NCBI RefSeq assembly: GCF_031769215.1
Contig: NW_026781917.1
Span: 1,612,001 to 1,676,000, forward strand
DNA: 64,000 bases
Origin: Ylistrum balloti
Taxonomy: Eukaryota
Reading direction: 5' to 3'
Positions 37,588 to 50,414 of the stretch are shown here, piece by piece; position 1 is the first letter of the stretch, and every line of letters starts with the position of its first letter. The notes under the pieces were generated by a model that saw only the letters and a list, made by a program, of their open reading frames with translations, searched no databases and was not told where the DNA came from. The translations under genes and the position numbers were made by a program.

Positions 37588-40532
37588 TCAAAGTAAATTG
37601 CTTCATTAACAATTGCATTCATATGAAGTGAGACCAAGATGCATTTTTATAGAAATTCTAATAATTTTTATTCAGCTAAGCTGCTGTGTATGTTTGCAAT
37701 CTTTTCCTGACGTTTATTTACATTATTTTCTTTCCTGGTATCACTTATTCAAGGCATACTTGTTAACAAGACACCAGACATGAATTGACGTGCAATAATC
37801 AATATTTTCAAGGCTAATTTTCTCCTTAATATAAGCTAGTAATATAAACAGGATTGGTGATTGGATGATACAGAGGTATTGATGAAGGATTTTAATGATA
37901 ATAAGAAACACGCAGGCATAATATGCCATACCAATACAGTTCATTTTCCCTTTATTTATTATCATACTTGTTGGCTTTCCGATCTAGAATGGTAATACAA
38001 TGATACCAATCTGCAGCTAATCATCTGTGTTTCTTATCCAGTTTTTATCTGATCTCACAATATGAGAGATAATGTGTATTTTTGATTGTAGAGGGGGAAT
38101 TTGATGTTGATTTAATGGGTCTAAATCTACGAATTTATTTACTCGTGAATCAGTGAACCATTAAATTTTGAATTCGTGTATTTCTTGAGGACCAGATATT
38201 TTTTGGAAGAACACTGCTCACGAATAAGACTTTATTAAAATAACCTTTAAAATTTAAGCCCACGAAGATATGTTATTAAACAGAAGATTTAGGGCTCACT
38301 GCGAATCACCCAAATCACTTCTCGTTTCGTTGAGTACTATGTGTGTCCTGTACATAGGGATCAATTTGTCCCGTACGGTTTTCTTTATCATAATTTGTGA
38401 GAATCCAGGTTGTCGCCTGTCATAGTGTTGACAATATTGTACATAATATTACAGCCATATACATTATTTATTTATTGTTTACATATAGAAAGCGTCCAGG
38501 ACGTGCCTTAAATTTCAGTCGATTATACCTTTTCACTTCGTTGTCCTATATCCGTCTTTTGATCATATCAGAACTGTGAAATACTTGCAATAAAGAAGTC
38601 ACATAACAAGTATAAATTGTAAATGGTAATTCGAAGCTTTAACTTAAAAAAAATTAACATTTGAAAAATAACCAGCGAGAGTGAAGTACCATATATATAT
38701 ATATAAATGAGAACCATGGGTTTTTGGGACCTTTTTCTACCAAAACGTTAAAAACGATATTTCGAGAATGAATTGACTTGTTATATACCCACGTGTGTAT
38801 TGTTGACGACATCTGTTGTGGTGCTATATATAAATTATAGTAAAATGATGCCAAAAATATGCAAAACTGACAATATCAGAAACACGTGGAAATAATTACC
38901 AATCATAACAAGTAAAAAATGAGTTGGTTATCTTTAATAAAAAAAGATCTATCTAGATATGAAATGAACTACTTATTGCGCGTTCTAATTTCTGTGTGTG
39001 TTTTAAGTGTCCTTTCGGTCAAACTTCAAAGTTAAACCAATCAAAAGACCGGAAGGTCATATACCATTAGTGGTATAAAACATGTATTTATCCAATTGTC
39101 AGCACGTTTACGCAATGGTCTGAGTGTAAGGTAACACAACCTATTGCGGGTATATTCTAATCTGAATATTTGGCAATAAACAAGATGTGGATGAAATATA
39201 TGTATTTTGTCAATGTAAATATTGTTGCTGTATATTTTCGCAAATATTTGGTGCTCTAAAGTTTGATTGTGCCAAAATATTTACATTTTAGTTTCACTGT
39301 GTTGTTCTTAAAATTTGAAATGATTATGTATAGATGGAACACATTATCCTCAGCGAGTTTTACGTTAAAAAGGTCTGTACCATCATAATTATCTATGAAA
39401 ATTTGATACTAAAAAAAAATCAAAGAAGAAAAAAAGTTGGTAACTAAAGGAAATTGGCGCATCGTGCATTATCAAAATCCTAATCAAGAAGTTTGTGTCG
39501 AATACCGGTAGGTTAGTGAATGTAACCTGTGTATTGCTCGGATTTAAAAAAATGATTTACAGTAAAAATTCTAAAAAAAAACCCATTATTTTAGAATTTT
39601 TTGTAGATTTTCTTTCTAACATGATAAGGCACGGGAACTGTCAAATATTGATATTCCAAGACATGGTATTTTGATATACATTTATATATTTACATAACAA
39701 ATCATTTATAGGTATATATTTATGTACATTTATATCGTACATGCATTTATATATATGTAGATAAGAATGTCTTACCTCTGTCTGTAACAACCCACCTACC
39801 CCCAACCCCACCACCACCAATAGCTAGAGCGATTTATAAACAATGCTGAAAATTTCCCTCAGTGCGTGATATTTTCGCAGCACAGTTATTTTTGCAATTT
39901 CTGCGTTAAAAATGGAACACAAAAATGACAGTCAATAGTTCAAGTCGATAGAAACTTCATAACTCATTTATTTTTACTTTCTTGACAAAAAAGTGAAATC
40001 CTCAACATTCATGCAGAAGTCATAAATGCAAGATTTTTTAAACGTTGCATATTTATGGCTGGATATTTAGTAAGCCTTGATTTTATATCGTAAGCCTTCA
40101 CTATTTTTCAGTGCCTTTATTCTATTTTGAAGAAAATGTGTTTTGGTAAAGAACAACGAATCAAAAATATGTTTCTGTGTACATTTTAAGATTTTGTAGT
40201 AATTAACTAAATACAATGTTTGTGCCTTAAAAAAACATTTGCACAAAATGGGAAATGTTGAAAAGTATGTCGTAAAGTGTTATTATAAAGAGAAAGTATG
40301 TAGAGTTTTGTAGTAATAAAGTCTTTGTACCATAAAAACTGGTGACATTTGTTTTCTATACACTTAAGTTCCAACGATTTCCCATACTCGCACCTTTAAC
40401 AATATGAAATGAACAATATACAGGTAAGTATACCTGAGTGGGAGGATTTGTTTGTATGATACTTTGATTAGTTTAAATGTGATACAAACACGCAGGTATT
40501 CACATATTTCTACATGAAAACCAATCCACAAG

Positions 40533-40700
40533 TTTTAGGTCATTTCGACCGAACCCTATTGCTTTCATGTTTCGTCAAGTGTCGTCCACCGTGCGTAAAC
40601 TTTTGCTTCAAACTGCTTCTCTTCCCACATGTCTGACGATATTTCAACCAAATTTGGTCTGAAGGAATGTACAAAAGACACACAAGTGAATGGCAATTTT
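40533..40700. mobile_element. HINE/Helentron-like element end abutting the 45-bp satellite
   Basis: TTTTAGGTCAT...CCTATTGCTTTCA...GTCGTCCACCGTGCGTAAACTTTT...CAACCAAATTTGGT resembles the terminal module of bivalve HINEs; degenerate. Confidence 0.5.
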
Positions 40701-40763
40701 TTGATAATTCAGAATAAGATACAGTAGAGGCAAACAATGAATTAAACTGATGCCATAGAGGTA

Positions 40764-43226
40764 TTTCGTCCTTCTAGGACTTGTCAGTGATGTTACATCA
40801 TACTGCTGTTTCGTCCTGCTAGGACTTGTCAGTGATGTTACATCATACCGCTGTTTCGTCCTTCTAGGACTTGTCAGTGATGTTACATCATACCGCTGTT
40901 TCGTCCTTCTAGGACTTGTCAGTGATGTTACATCATACTGCTGTTTCGTCCTGCTAGGACTTGTCAGTGATGTTACATCATACCGCTATTTCGTCCTTCT
41001 AGGACTTGTCAGTGATGTTACATCATACAGCTGTTTCGTCCTTCTAGGACTTGTCAGTGATGTTACATCATACCGCTGTTTCGTCCTTCTAGGACTTGTC
41101 AGTGATGTTACATCATACAGCTGTTTCGTCCTTCTAGGACTTGTCGGTGATGCTACATCATACTGCTGTTTCGTCCTTCTAGGACTCATCAGTGATGCTA
41201 TATCATACTGCTGTTTCGTCCTTCTAGGACTTGTCAGTGATGTTACATCATACAGCTGTTTCGTCCTTCTAGGACTTGTCAGTGATGTTACATCATACAG
41301 CTGTTTCGTCCTTCTAGGACTTGTCAGTGATGCTACATCATACAGCTGTTTCGTCCTTCTAGGACTTGTCAGTGATGATGTCCTTCTAGGACATCATACA
41401 GCTGTTTCGTCCTTCTAGGACTTGTCAGTGATGTTACATCATACTGCTGTTTCGTCCTTCTAGGACTTGTCAGTGATGTTACATCATACTGGTGTTCCGT
41501 CCTTCTAGGACTTGTCAGTGATGTTACATCATACAGCTGTTTCGTCCTTCTAGGACTTGTCAGTGATGTTACATCATACAGCTGTTTCGTCCTTCTAGGA
41601 CTTGTCAGTGATGTTACATCATACTGCTGTTTCGTCCTTCTAGGACTTGTCAGTGATGTTACATCATACAGTCCTTCTAGGACTTGTCAGTGATGTTACA
41701 TCATACAGCTGTTTCGTCCTTCTAGGACTTGTCAGTGATGTTACATCATACAGCTGTTTCGTCCTTCTAGGACTTGTCAGTGATGTTACATCATACAGCT
41801 GTTTCGTCCTTCTAGGACTTGTCAGTGATGTTACATCATACTGCTGTTTCGTCCTTCTAGGACTTGTCAGTGATGTTACATCATACTGCTATTTCGTCCT
41901 TCTAGGACTTGTCAGTGATGTTACATCATACAGCTGTTTCGTCCTTCTAGGACTTGTCAGTGATGTTACATCATACTGCTGTTTCGTCCTTCTAGGACTT
42001 GTCAGTGATGTTACATCATACAGCTGTTTCGTCCTTCTAGGACTTGTCAGTGATGTTACATCATACAGCTGTCTCGTCCTTCTAGGACTTGTCAGTGATG
42101 TTACATCATACTGCTGTTTCGTCCTGCTAGGACTTGTCAGTGATGCTACATCATACAGCTGTCTCGTCCTGCTAGGACTTGTCAGTGATGCTACATCATA
42201 CCGCTGTTTCGTCCTTCTAGGACTTGTCAGTGATGTTACATCATACTGCTGTTTCGTCCTGCTAGGACTTGTCAGTGATGCTACATCATACCGCTGTTTC
42301 GTCCTTCTAGGACTTGTCAGTGATGTTACATCATACTGCTGTTTCGTCCGTCTAGGACTTGTCAGTGATGGTACATCATACTGCTGTTTCGTCCTTCTAG
42401 GACTTGTCAGTGATGTTACATCATACCGCTGTTTCTTCCTTCTAGGACTTGTCAGTGATGTTACATCATACAGCTGTTTCGTCCTTCTAGGACTTGTCAG
42501 TGATGTTACATCATACAGCTGTTTCGTCCTTCTAGGACTCGTCAGTGATGTTACATAATACAGCTGTTTCTTTAGTGATGTTACATCATACAGCTGTTTC
42601 GTCCTTCTAGGACTTGTCAGTGATGTTACATCATACTGCTGTTTCGTCCGTCTAGGACTTGTCAGTGATGGTACATCATCCTTCTAGGACTTGTCAGTGA
42701 TGTTACATCATACAGCTGTTTCGTCCTTCTAGGACTCGTCAGTGATGTTACATAATACAGCTGTTTCGTCCTTCTAGGACTTGTCAGTGATGTTACATCA
42801 TACAGCTGTTTCGTCCTTCTAGGACTTGTCAGTGATGTTACATAATACAGCTGTTTCGTCTTCTAGGACTTGTCAGTGATGTTACTTGTCCTTCTAGGTG
42901 TCAGTGATGTTACATCATACTGCTGTTTCGTCCTTCTAGGACTTGTCAGTGATGTTACATAATACAGCTGTTTCGTCCTTCTAGGACTTGTCAGTGATGT
43001 TACATAATACAGCTGTTTCGTCCTTCTAGGACTTGTCAGTGATGTTACATCATACAGCTGTTTCGTCCTTCTAGGACTTGTCAGTGATGTTACATAATAC
43101 AGCTGTTTCGTCCTTCTAGGACTTGTCAGTGATGTTACATAATACAGCTGTTTCGTCCTTCTAGGACTTGTCAGTGATGTTACATAATACAGCTGTTTCG
43201 TCCTTCTAGGACTCGCCAGTAATGCT
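40764..43226. repeat. 45-bp tandem satellite, roughly 54 units
   Basis: Unit TACAGCTGTTTCGTCCTTCTAGGACTTGTCAGTGATGTTACATCA read directly, with occasional internal deletions. Confidence 0.97.
40764..43226 (-). ncRNA. Tandem array of hammerhead-ribozyme motifs (one per 45-nt monomer)
   Basis: Reverse complement UGAUG-UAA-CAUCA CUGAC(A/G)A GUCC-UAGAA-GGAC GAAA CAGCUGUA gives helix I, the CUGANGA core, helix II, GAAA, palindromic helix III and a GUA site in the correct order. Intact cores at 41156-41197, 42508-42551 and 42705-42748. Confidence 0.85.
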
Positions 43227-43620
43227 AAGGGCTAAGTTTGAAGCCTGTGAGGCGACTATGGAAAATACAAAATGATCAAAAGAAAAGTCAAAATCTAGAC
43301 GGGGAGGTGCCACATTATTAAGTAAAGTTCGTACATCATAATTTGAGAACAGCGTCAAGTACATGTATATTTCTGAACTGTGCCACTATTGAATGAATAA
43401 AAAAGTGGCCAGCAGGTTACGGCAAACCTCGGGGACGCGGGACTCTTAAAGATTGGAAACATAAGTGATATAAATGAAGTTGATTCGACCACCGGTCTTT
43501 GGGCTGAGCCAAGGTGAGGTTCAATAGGAGAAAAGGGGAAAGTTGTCTTGGGTGTCTTCCTCTGATACGTCAGGACAGATAATTTACCAGATTCGCCCGG
43601 AAACCTCACTGTCTAGGCTT

Positions 43621-43822
43621 TAATAACTTTTTTACGTCCTATTAATAGCCAGGGTCATTTAAGAACGTGCCAGGTTTGGTTGGTTGATGAGAGTTGCCTG
43701 AGAAAACCACTGATCTGCGGCCAATACCTGACGACTGTCCCACGTAGGCATCTAACCCAGGACCCAGACGTGGAGGCAAGTGATAAAGACGGTCAGAACC
43801 TTAACCTTTCGGCCACAGCGGC
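43621..43822 (-). mobile_element. tRNA-derived SINE with a V-domain-like core
   Basis: Head GCCGCTGTGGCCGAAAGGTTAAGG (A box), degenerate B box GGGTTAGATGCC, core GTGGTTTTCTC, tail TAAATGACCCTGGCTATTAATAGGACG. Confidence 0.75.
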
Positions 43823-46800
43823 TAATCGTTGAGAGGGGACATCATAATTAATATACATGAAGGTGACTCCGAGAAATCGAGGCGCGAAGCATGTTAGGGG
43901 AAGGAAAATTGGAAAATGATACTGTAAAATTCTTCTCTCATATGTGAATATCATTTGAGGGAGGGCAACTATTTCCTACAGATTGCTGGATTCACATTGA
44001 TTTTTCTCATTTGATATTTTGTGTTGTGTACCTACTTGACTCACCGACTAAAGTTGTCAGTAAGTTCGAGTATATTTCCGTTTTTGTCTCGACATCTCTT
44101 AGCATTGGGTATTTGTGACCACCTTATCACGTGAAAAGTAGGCGGTGCTTATTATAGAACCAATTGACAGTATAACGTGTAGAGATTGCTTACAATGTGC
44201 ATTTTCTCTTTCAAATTTGGTATCTCACTTTAAACTTACTTTACTTTACATCAAACGGAATCAAATCATTGTACAGCTATCATCGGTATGATAAAATGGT
44301 TAAAACATGGGTTGGTGGATAATTATATCTTAAGAAAGCATGAACGCCTATTCCGATACGGTTGAACGTCACGTGTAGATTAAATCTAAATATTTGTCGA
44401 ATTTCTTTAAGTTTTACAAAAATGTTTTGATGATGGAGTAAACCTTGTATAGTTTATGAACCTGAGCAGGACAACAGACCGGGAAAAAACAAATCTTGTT
44501 TCCTTTAAAAATTCAAGTCACCGAAAAAAATGTTCTGATCAAATCCAAGTAATCTGACATGTTATTCTGAAAGCGGCACAGTGGATGGAGATTAAAGTAA
44601 TCATAGTATGTGTGATTGTATCATTACGTCGGGGTATTTCTGCTGAATCATGTAACTCCAACGTCGATATGAAGTTATGTCTCCTTGGACAAAAATCATC
44701 TATACAAATTTAGGTTTAATTCTTTCTAATTGACCTAGAAAAGAACCCCTCCCCTCTACCCTTTTTGAAATCGTCTCTTTACAACCTTGGAGCGTTAGAA
44801 TATTGATTTTGTACGAAATAAGCATTGAATCCAAACGATGCGATTATTTCCCCCATGGAACATGGCTAGGTCATTAAGCTTTGGCTAATTACATAGTAGC
44901 ACACGTGTGCTTAAGTTACAAAAATGACCTGTCTCTAGAAATCTAATACAAAACCGGAAGCAGTGCATGGAGTAAATAAAGTTGTTATAACCTCCAATAC
45001 AGGTAAACAATATTGATAGATCACTTAATTTAGTTAGTTCAACTTTCTAAGAAATTATAAACGTTTAAGATTAAACGCTTATTGAAAATAGAAAACAGTC
45101 ATTCCATTTACAGTACATATTTGCTACACTGCGGTTGGCGAGCAAAAATTGAAATTTTCATTACTTTTATGAGACATTTTATTTCTGAAAAATTCTGAGG
45201 TCTGAGAGAAATATGAGCATGTCTAATGATAAAACTTCATTTTAACAATTTATTTGATAAGTTGTGTACTTTAAATCCAAAGTAATTAATTTCCTGATAT
45301 GTTAAGTCAGGTTTCAAAATAAGGCTTCTCACATGTACTACATAGATATTTATCGTTTCATATATGCCTTCTGATGATGAATGTATTGAAATATAAAAAT
45401 ATATGAATGGTTCCATTGATGTTGCAAACACTTGTAAAGCACCAAGCTTTCATGTGCGATCATATAGCCCGGAATCAATTTCATAGTTTGTGATAAAAAT
45501 TCTGTATTCATCAAAGAGATATTAACACGGAAATACCAGTGTTATGTACTGTACCCATTTGTGTTTGCGATTGCAAATAGACATGGTACTTCACTCAAAA
45601 TTATCAATTGTTTTTCTTAATCAATTCCTTGTTTATTAGAAAAAAAAACAAAACAAAAACAAACAAACACAACACAACAAAAAACAAAAGCACGAATGAA
45701 AATTATAATAACTCCTGAAATCTGTTGCATATGATGCAAATACAAAGTTTTTGCCATTAGAAATAATGGATTTATTGCCTTCAAAACTGGTCTTGGGATT
45801 CATTTCCATTGCCTCTTTCCCGTATCATTCTTTAAATTAGATTAAAACTCCAGTTAAAGAAGAAATTGTGCATCTATTTAACGGTAGTGCAAAACGTTTA
45901 GATAAAGACTAGAAAAAAACAAAATTGATGGCAAAATTGGGGTGAAATTATACATCCTACAACAGATAAGCGGAAAAGAAAAAGTGCATTTTAACTTCAC
46001 TGGTGAGGGCATGCTATCATTGCATAAAAGACGTTTGATTCGGTCGTTACAGCGCAAAATATCCATCAAAGACATTATAGATTTACATTGTACCAATCTT
46101 TTATCACTTAGCAGATAACTATCAAAGAAATATCAGTCTGTTGTTTAAGTATCAGTAGGCCCTAGCACATCTTGAAGTGTTGCTGGCATTTTGTCGTAGA
46201 GTTAGTGCAAAGCATTCCTGTTTTTTCCTCCTTAATTAAAACTCAAGTCTTATAGCATAATCTTCCTTTGCGTTAAATATAATCGGTCAGTGCCTTTAAG
46301 ACAAGTATTGATTTCCCTAGGTAATCCTCTCCCGTGTTAATGACCTCTAATTTTGATTCCTGTAGAGCTCGAACCCCGGACCGTGGTTCCTGCTGTGTTG
46401 GCGTTTCTGTACCGCACACACTCTGAAGTTTAATTGATATATTTAGTACTTCTCTCTCGTGTTATGTGTCGGTGTTATCTACTCCCACAGTCGAGAGGTC
46501 TGCACCTGTTAACATTTGGAAGTGTAAAGAAAACATGGAAAGTATTCCTCCCAATCAAAATGCTTTTTATTTCTTCTCGTAGCACCTCTTCTTTAGCCTT
46601 CGATTATTATATCTACTACTTCGGTGTTTGCTTGAGATATAATGCTGTTTGTGAGGTTTTTGCGCCACATTTATTTTGTCCTTGCTTTAAATTATACACT
46701 TTTACTTCCACGTGAGAAATAAACAGGTAAGAATAATCGTTAGCCAAAGAGATGCCTCGCAAGGTTCTGTTGATATTCAGGAAGCTCAATTGTATATAAA

Positions 46801-49800
46801 AAGAACACCGGATAAAGTTAATTATTGTCCACGGCTTTACTGTAATGCTTTTTTTTTATCTGTGTGGGGCGTGTGTTGGTGTATGTATATGTAGAGGGAG
46901 AGTGTCTGATTTTCATCGTTTACTGATAGAAAAAATGCAAAAAATAAATACTTGACACCTTGCAAATACAATTAATTGAGAAAACCATAGTCCGTTACAT
47001 AAAATTCGTGAAAAAATTACCCTTTTTGCTCGAATTTTTTTTTTTTTTTCGCATTTACAAACATGTTTTGGTAGTGAACACGTACGTCTATTCCACAGAG
47101 GAAATTAATACTATAAATAATACACGTATCCTTTTATGAATGATAGATTTCTGTCCCTGTATTAGATCAATTTATATAATAAGTTTACACAATCCGCCTG
47201 CAGAGTTTAGGGTTTACATCATTGTAACAGATAACGTCATATGAATAATTTGTCAACTGATCATGGAGTCATTGACGGACTCTTGTAAAAGTGCAACCAC
47301 ACTGAAATGTCCTTATCTAGACACGGTAATATACATTTGATAGGCAACGGACTAGCCAGGCTTGTGTTTAATAACTTAGGTCAAAGTTTGGGGAGAACTC
47401 TCAGCTCAAAGGTGACGTAGTGTCATACCATGAATTGAAACTTAATAAGGAAAAAAAGAATTTTAAGAAGAGATCAGATATTAAGATCACACATCCAGTG
47501 GAACAGTCTGACCATGAAATGAGATCAGTCGGTACAATTCTGACGCTCTACCTATCGAAGCTAAATCTGCAAAGATACAAAGACAACCTGTGCATACAGA
47601 CCACTGTGTACGGAGAACAATTGACTATAGGGATCAACTGTCACTACAGGTCATTATGAAGATTTTGCTACGTAAAACATGCATGGAAACGCGGTCATTA
47701 TCTTTTACATTTGATATATACTTGTGCGGAGGACAAATCTGGCTGGATTTTTAATAAGTTCTATAATTTATACCAAACTTTTCTTGATCCAGTCAGGTAT
47801 TTAATTACTCCCGATAGATAAAAGAGATAAACACGAAGGTATGTCTATATAAATACACGTAAACTAAACAAATCTACGTTTGAACTGTTCGTAAATAATT
47901 TCCCAAAAGTACTATTTCAATAACACATATGTATAAATCATCTCTTGTTACTATCAAATCTCCACCTGTCTAAACCCATCTGAAGAAACGTCTCCTCAAT
48001 TACAGGTACATCGTCTGCCTTCAGCAAGGTAAGTTGTGAAGAACAAACTCTTTCGCTCGTAAACTTAATATCCAGTCAACGCCCAACAGCCACTACCGTT
48101 CGTTATATCGCAAGTGTGGATTTCGGATCGTTTGTTATATCGTTTAGCCCTCTAATTCGACTCTGTTTTATTACACCCCTGACACGATAACGCTCTATTT
48201 AAAGCCCTTAGTCCATACGTCACACCTAAATGAGGCTGAACACGTGCTACCTTTATTAGTGTGCCTTCAGTTCGCATATTAACTAAAGCAATACCCCAAT
48301 AAGAGAACATGGAAAACAGAACTCATTTTTACTGTTAAATGTGTAGGTTTTCCCCTGGGGTGTTCGTCCTGTTGCCAAGGAACTATTTAGTCAGGGTTTT
48401 CTACCTGTTGACTATATCAAATAACTTTTTTCTAAACTAAAGTTTTCCCATATGCTGGCCAAATAAAACTTTAACCTCGGTTTTCTAACGGCAAATGCTG
48501 GTGTTCTAACATCTAATTATAACATATCGCATCCCTTGATGAAAACGTTCATGTACTGTGTGTGACGAATGACAATCACCAGAAAACGATCACCACTCGG
48601 GATGTTTAGCTGATTGATTTTTATGTCTTCTGCTGTTGCCTTTTTGATTTCCGCTTCTGCTGGCTATAATGATGGTGTGATATCATTTTTCCATATTTCA
48701 TACGAGTCCAACCAAAGTGGACAAGGTTGATACATTAGCTATTAAGCAAAACCTTTAATTTTTTTTTACGTGAAGAAAGAAAAATAATAATAATAAATAA
48801 AAAAAACAAACAACATTGATCCGAAAATATGAACAGGTAGACAATGATGGTCTCTTGACTATATACTTTCCTGTGTGAAACAACCTTCCCGCCATGATAG
48901 AAATTAAGATGTCAAATGTAACTAAAAGAATACCTATTTATTTTAAAAATGACTGGTTTCGGTGATGAAGCTCAAGAAGCCTTCCCTTCCGGAATGCCTA
49001 GTCTTATTCTCCTTGCAATTTTGTAAGTCTCATATAAACCTGGTATTGTCGATTGATAGTTAACGAAAGAAATTCAAAGAAAGCATCTTTTCTTTGGATC
49101 CCAAATCAAATCAGATGTGTTCTTGAGAATAACGAAGGGCTCTAGGAAGATTTCTACATCCTTCTTTCTGTAGTTTATCTCTGAACATCCCGATGTCACG
49201 TTATCAAGTCATGTACTGTGACTATTTCAGCGGGATAGCACTTTATATTCAAGCGTCCTTGAGATTGCTTTTTTCTTTTTCAGATATTGCCACGATTTAT
49301 CTTTCTATAAAAAAAAAAAATCAGAGCCAGTATATTGTAAACCATGTAAGTACAGAATAGATACAAATAGTGAAGCACCGAGGAGATTCTGGAACATATC
49401 TCATGTAAAGCATTTGCAACAAGTTCACATGATGCACGTATGTTTATTTTCAAAATGACATGTTACAAACAAAAACGTTTAACAAACACTTACTGCCAAT
49501 GAAACTTTATAAAAATTTCTAAGTGAAGGATGCCAGACGTAAAATGATTTTTATCATTTTGCATTTAACATCTGTCGGTCAAACCTGGCAGACTCACAGC
49601 GACAAGGATCTCTGTTGTCTGATTGATAGCACGGCCATCCAGACCTCTGAAGCAGCGGTATTTATACAGAGTAAACCTTGTTTCATCTGTCTTTAAAACA
49701 ACCTTTACATTTAAACTACAATTTCGTCCGATATTTCTTATCACACAGGATGTGAGTTGATATATTTTTATCATTTCCTGAGATGTCGGATGTAGTGAGA

Positions 49801-50414
49801 TAACGATTTCCAGCGAGGCAGGGACTTCCCAATTTCCTGCCTTTACCACCCATCCTGGAGTGCCGGCTAGTAATTATACGTCCAATCTATCGGGACATTT
49901 GCAGGCTCTGATTGGTAAATAAACCTAGCGTTTTATATCCACAGTAGTGCCTAATAATACCTGGGTGTTTACATTAATGAATGTTCGCCCTGTGGGAACT
50001 CTACAACAACACACAAATTAAATGTTGAAGGAAGGCTTTGGTGCCAGTAACATCATCTGTGGACTGTCACGTGCGTTTTTTCTCCAAGTGTCCTACGCGT
50101 CAGGTGTTTCTCAATTTGGATCAGTGTGATACGGTGTTTACTTTCATTTTGAAACAAAACAAAGGACAAGGGCCATTATTGGTGAATTTATTCAAGCTTA
50201 CGTTAATGAAAAGTCGATGACTATAAATCAAGTTTTTCTCAGCGCTGTGAAAATTCGAAACAAACGAGACAATAGCAACGATATACTATGTGATTTCATG
50301 ATATAACTGTTGGTTAAAAGACACGATCCCAACGAGCAGGACAACTTCGAGCAACTCCAGTAAGTTCATCATCACTTCGGAACTTACAATTGTACATTCG
50401 GAACTCCTTCCGCT

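Noticed and set aside
40764-43226. CRISPR array, or a real 303-aa membrane protein (ORF 41647-42558)
   Set aside because: No unique spacers and no cas genes; eukaryotic context. The ORF exists only because the 45-bp unit is a multiple of three and stop-free in that frame.
45900-46290. LINE ORF2 relic on the - strand (AKEDYAIRLE, ALTSEVKM)
   Set aside because: Only two short motif resemblances with the wrong spacing and many stops; needs tBLASTn.
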